This document shows, one piece after another, positions 60,365-64,000 of a stretch of 64,000 bases of DNA. The first letter of the stretch is position 1. Each line of letters opens with the position of its first letter. The notes below the pieces were generated by a model, which saw nothing but the letters and a program-made list of their open reading frames with translations, had not been told where the DNA came from and searched no databases. Source of the stretch: Thainema sp. (lineage in GTDB: Bacteria > Cyanobacteriota > Cyanobacteriia > Phormidesmidales > Phormidesmidaceae); the NCBI GenBank assembly GCA_052168235.1, contig JBQLZK010000017.1, positions 44,515-108,514 of the forward strand. The letters run 5' to 3'. A program made the position numbers and the translations under genes.

Positions 60365-63300
60365 CTACACCGAAAGCTTGATTTTTGAACCTTCATTAGT
60401 TTTCGTAATATCCATGCGAGCTTGAAACGCTTCGCGCAGGTGGGGCACGTGCGTCACCATTAAAATGCAGGCAAAGTCAGCTGCGATCGCATTTACCGCC
60501 GCAATCAGTCGCTCGCAGCCCTCGGTATCCTGAGTGCCGAATCCTTCATCGACAACCAGCATCTGGAGCGCCGTGCCGGAGCGCTGGGCCAGCAGTTGAG
60601 CCAGGGCAAGACGAATAGCAAAATTGACTCGAAATGCTTCGCCGCCGGAATAGGTTTCATAGGGACGAGTACCCTGAGCATCAGCAATCAATATTTCCAA
60701 CGTATCAATAATGCGGCTGGAGCGCCGTCCCGTTTTCTGGGTGACGAACTGGACGTGGAGTTGATTGGCACTGAGCCGACTGAGGAGCCGATTGGTTTCC
60801 GTCTCTAGCTGGGGCAGCACGTTTTCGATCATCAGCGCTTGAATGCCGTTCTTGCCAAATGCCTGAGCCAGTTCCTGATAAATACGAAGCTGCTGGCGCG
60901 TTTGGGCTAGCTCCTGCTGCTGAATAGTGAGTTGTTCATGTAAGAACAAAAACTGCTGCTGCTGCTGCTGAAGCTGGCCCAGACGCGCGATCTGGCGATC
61001 GCGCTGCTGACGATACTGCTGAATTTGCTGCTCCAGGTGCTTAATCTCTTCTGAAACATCACCCGCTTGATTGAGCTGCTCGGCGATTTGCTGAATCTGC
61101 TGCTGAAGCTGATGGCGCTCTTGCGATCGCACCTGCCAGCGGTAAGCTAACTCCTCAAACCGCTGCCGCACGTGGGGATACTGCTGCTGGGCCTGCTGAA
61201 GCTGCTGATAGCGAAGCTGCCAGGGTTGCGCCTCGCGGAGAGCTTGCCGAAGCTGATTATGGGCTTCTCGGTCGTAACCCAGTTCCGCCAAGTGACGGTC
61301 AATTTCCTGAATGCGCTGCTGCTGAGGGGAGTTTTGCCAAGCCGTAACTTGCTGTTCCAGATCGGCGATCTCAGTCTCTAGCTCTGGACGACGAGTGGCA
61401 AGCTGTTCCAGCCGCCGCTGTGCTTGCTTCACCTCAGCCTGCTTAATCTCCGCCCAGCGCAGTCGATCCACCTGTCCCCGTGCCAGAGCATGATTGCGCT
61501 CATCATAGCCAAGCTGCGCTAACCGTTGCTCAATCAGGCTTAGCTCCTGGTAAGCGTCAGCCGCATAGGTGTGGTTGCTCAATGTTTCCTGTAGCTCAGC
61601 CTGCTCCTGGCTCAGCTTCTGGAGGCGAGACTGCACTTCTTCGGCCAGACTAAGATGCTCTTGTAGCTGCCCCCGTCGCTCCAAAATGGAGCCGTAGCGG
61701 CCCAGTTCCTCCTCCAGTTCCAGATATTCCTGCCGTAAAACCTGGATCTCTCGCTCCGACGTTGCCAGCTGCTCTCGAATCGTCCAGATTTGCTCCCGAA
61801 TCTCTTGCTGCTCCTGCTGGTGGCGGTCTTGTACCACCTGCCAATGAGTCTCATCCAAGGCGCGATCGCACAGTGGACAAACGGCATTCGGATCAGACAA
61901 CAAGCTAATTTTCTGATCAATTTGGGCAAGCTGCACCTCATAGGCTCGCTGGTGCGCCTGCAACCGCTCCATGAAACTGCGCCGCTCCAGCCCCTTTTCC
62001 CGCACCCGCTGCTGATAAATGCGCCGCTGCTCCAGATACCCCACCTGATCGGTCATATCGACCACAGCTTGGGCAATCTGGGGCTGATGCTCCTGCTGCA
62101 CTTGCAGCTGCTGTTGCGAGTTGCTGATGGCTTCAATTTTGGCCATAATCCGAGCCTGCGCCTGCTCAAGCTGCCGCTGAAGCTGTTGCTGCCGCTGCAT
62201 CAGGGGAGCCGCCTGAAGCTGAATCTGATCCAGCTCAGCTAGTCGCTGCCGTGCTGCCTGTAGCTCCGCCACCGCAACCTCGATTTCATCAACCTTCCGC
62301 AGCGTGTGCTGCACGTCCTGCTCCTGCTCAATCAGCGCGTTCAGGCTGGCTTGCGCCTGCTGGAGCTGCTGCTGAAGAGTTGTTAAGTGTTTCTGCTGTT
62401 CTTGCTGAAGTTGCGATCGCACTTCTTTGGCCTGCTGATAAACCTGGGCTTGCTGCGCCACCTGCTCCTCCTGCACCTGAAGCTGCTGGAGCTGCGCAAA
62501 ACCCTGGTGAATCTCATTAGTTTGATGCAGCAGTTGCTCGATCTGCTGGTACTGCTGCTGTACCTCAGTGAAATCCCGCGTCAGTCGCTGACAATCCTGC
62601 TCTAGCTGCTGATCCTGCTGCTGCAAAAACTGGAGCTGCTGCTGCCAGCCTTGCCGCTGCTGCTGAATCGCCTGTAGCTGTTGCAGGGTCTCACGAGTAG
62701 ACGCCTGTGTTTGCTCTGTCTGCGCCAATTCCAGCTCTAGCGTTTCCCGCTCTTGCCGAATTGACTCTTCTTGCTGGAGATGCTGTTGCGATCGCACCAC
62801 AGTCTGTTCCAGGACGGCTAACTGCGCCCTGAACTGTCGCGCCTGCTCCTTGGCCTGCTCCGCCAGCGTGTCGTACTGATCCAGCTTCAGCAAGTCAGCC
62901 AAAACCTGCTTGCGCTCACTGGGCCGCTTCAGCATGAACTCATCCGCTCGACCCTGCCGCAGATAGGCGGAATGAACAAACGTCTCGTAGTCCAGCCGCA
63001 GGTGCTGCAAAATGAGTTGCTGAGTGGCCTTCAATCCTCGCTCGGTTAAGCTCTTGAACCCCTGCGGCGTTTGGATTTGAAACTCTAAGGTGCTGGACTG
63101 CTTGCGGCGGCGAGATCGCAACACCCGATAAATTTGCTGCTGGTGCTCGAAAATGAAGTCTACCAGGGCTTCGCTGGTGCCCAGGTGGATAATGTCGTCT
63201 TCGATGGCGACGCGACTGTTGCCCCAGAGTGCCCATGCGATCGCTTCCAGCAGTGACGACTTGCCTGCCCCATTGGCACCACAAATACAGGCTACGTGCA

Positions 63301-63376
63301 GTCCTGTGAAATCGACCGTAGCGTCTTGATAGCTAAGAAAATTTTTGAGCGTGAGCTGCCGTGGAATCATAGGCAT
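60365..63376 (-). CDS. sbcC: SMC-like exonuclease subunit SbcC
   Basis: LKNFLSY, GANGAGKSS, CPLC zinc hook, TYSGGE, VVDEGFGTQD. Confidence 0.95.
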   Translation of the reverse strand: MPMIPRQLTLKNFLSYQDATVDFTGLHVACICGANGAGKSSLLEAIAWALWGNSRVAIEDDIIHLGTSEALVDFIFEHQQQIYRVLRSRRRKQSSTLEFQIQTPQGFKSLTERGLKATQQLILQHLRLDYETFVHSAYLRQGRADEFMLKRPSERKQVLADLLKLDQYDTLAEQAKEQARQFRAQLAVLEQTVVRSQQHLQQEESIRQERETLELELAQTEQTQASTRETLQQLQAIQQQRQGWQQQLQFLQQQDQQLEQDCQRLTRDFTEVQQQYQQIEQLLHQTNEIHQGFAQLQQLQVQEEQVAQQAQVYQQAKEVRSQLQQEQQKHLTTLQQQLQQAQASLNALIEQEQDVQHTLRKVDEIEVAVAELQAARQRLAELDQIQLQAAPLMQRQQQLQRQLEQAQARIMAKIEAISNSQQQLQVQQEHQPQIAQAVVDMTDQVGYLEQRRIYQQRVREKGLERRSFMERLQAHQRAYEVQLAQIDQKISLLSDPNAVCPLCDRALDETHWQVVQDRHQQEQQEIREQIWTIREQLATSEREIQVLRQEYLELEEELGRYGSILERRGQLQEHLSLAEEVQSRLQKLSQEQAELQETLSNHTYAADAYQELSLIEQRLAQLGYDERNHALARGQVDRLRWAEIKQAEVKQAQRRLEQLATRRPELETEIADLEQQVTAWQNSPQQQRIQEIDRHLAELGYDREAHNQLRQALREAQPWQLRYQQLQQAQQQYPHVRQRFEELAYRWQVRSQERHQLQQQIQQIAEQLNQAGDVSEEIKHLEQQIQQYRQQRDRQIARLGQLQQQQQQFLFLHEQLTIQQQELAQTRQQLRIYQELAQAFGKNGIQALMIENVLPQLETETNRLLSRLSANQLHVQFVTQKTGRRSSRIIDTLEILIADAQGTRPYETYSGGEAFRVNFAIRLALAQLLAQRSGTALQMLVVDEGFGTQDTEGCERLIAAVNAIAADFACILMVTHVPHLREAFQARMDITKTNEGSKIKLSV

Positions 63377-63611
63377 CCTGCTGTATTGCCCGTGATTTCT
63401 TAAGAGTAGCAGTACAATCGCACTTTAATACGTCTGCACTGAGGAATTTCAGTTATTTTTTGCAGTTTTTTGCAGTTTTTTGCAAATCGTTTGCAAATCG
63501 AATGATACCCGTACTCTAAAAGTCGGAAATCTCTCTTCAAACCAGGCTTATGCAGCGTGACTTCATTGAGTCATATCGATATGATTAAAGCAGATAAGCA
63601 AATCAGGATAA

Positions 63612-63752
63612 ATCGTTCATCTCTCAGTTGAATCAAGTGCGGCTTAATCTCTCCAGCCCACTTCACGAACCACTTCATCAGCAAGTACTTAATTGCCAAA
63701 GCAAGCAAAGAAAGTTGAGAGACGGAAGTAGGAAACCCCGAAGGAACGCGCC
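63612..63752 (+). ncRNA. Glutamine riboswitch (glnA motif, class I) with enlarged P2
   Basis: ATCGTTCATCTCTCA ... TGAGAGACGGAAGTAGG-AAAC-CCCGAAGGAACGCGCC matches the glnA-motif core as I recall it. Confidence 0.85.
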
Positions 63753-63802
63753 GCTTATTGTCGTAACGTCGCTACAGCGTGATTCTAAGGAGCAAGCACA
63801 TC

Positions 63803-63925
63803 ATGAACTCTGAATTATTACTGGGTCTACAACTCATCGCCATCATCACCGCTTCTATTTCGCTTATCTCTCCGATGCTGTACTGGGTCATTACCCATCC
63901 AGTTTCGCTAAGCAGCGCTAAATAA
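63803..63925 (+). CDS. 40-aa single-TM small protein, absent from the ORF track
   Basis: AAGGAG RBS at 63787; MNSELLLGLQLIAIITASISLISPMLYWVITHPVSLSSAK; directly downstream of the riboswitch. Confidence 0.65.
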   Translation: MNSELLLGLQLIAIITASISLISPMLYWVITHPVSLSSAK

Positions 63926-64000
63926 TCCCAATCTGGGGATTGCTGAGTTAAGGGAACCTCGATTAATTGAGGTTTTGGGACAAGGGTGTCTCATTTGAGA

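Noticed and set aside
60365..63376. Gln-rich runs in SbcC as a prion-like or novel domain
   Set aside because: Explained by the SMC-type coiled coil around the CPLC hook

Overview
Chromosomal window from a cyanobacterium. This is shown by dense HIP1 GCGATCGC octamers, apcD, chlI, tocopherol genes and a HetZ-related gene; a filamentous Leptolyngbya/Nodosilinea-like host is an inference. Layout: an AT-rich accessory stretch with a vapBC pair (1-4.4 kb); acnA, hydA, larC and housekeeping genes; a ~20 kb phosphonate locus (phnGH-GNAT-phnI-LMW-PTP-phnJKL-phnM-phnM-phnZ, divergent phnF, an interposed two-component pair, two PhnCDE-type ABC transporters); then apcD, rlmD, folP, hpt/vte4, bioD, a Ser/Thr kinase, chlI, rbsK and sbcC. 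Best candidate for a new system: an overlapping gene pair at 52304-55359. A small Bell/HeLo-like helical protein ends in, and a STAND-NTPase/TPR (NLR-like) protein begins with, the same 26-aa N/F/G-rich motif (24/26 identical, mostly synonymous DNA differences). That is the architecture of NLR amyloid signalling, with a motif I do not recognise. Also notable: a glutamine riboswitch with an enlarged P2 upstream of an unannotated 40-aa membrane peptide; a group II intron 3' remnant split by a MITE; interleaved Pho-box and PhnF-type operators; several TIR-bounded hairpin mini-elements; a 10-bp-phased TGAAG array. All calls come from reading the sequence; no searches were run.
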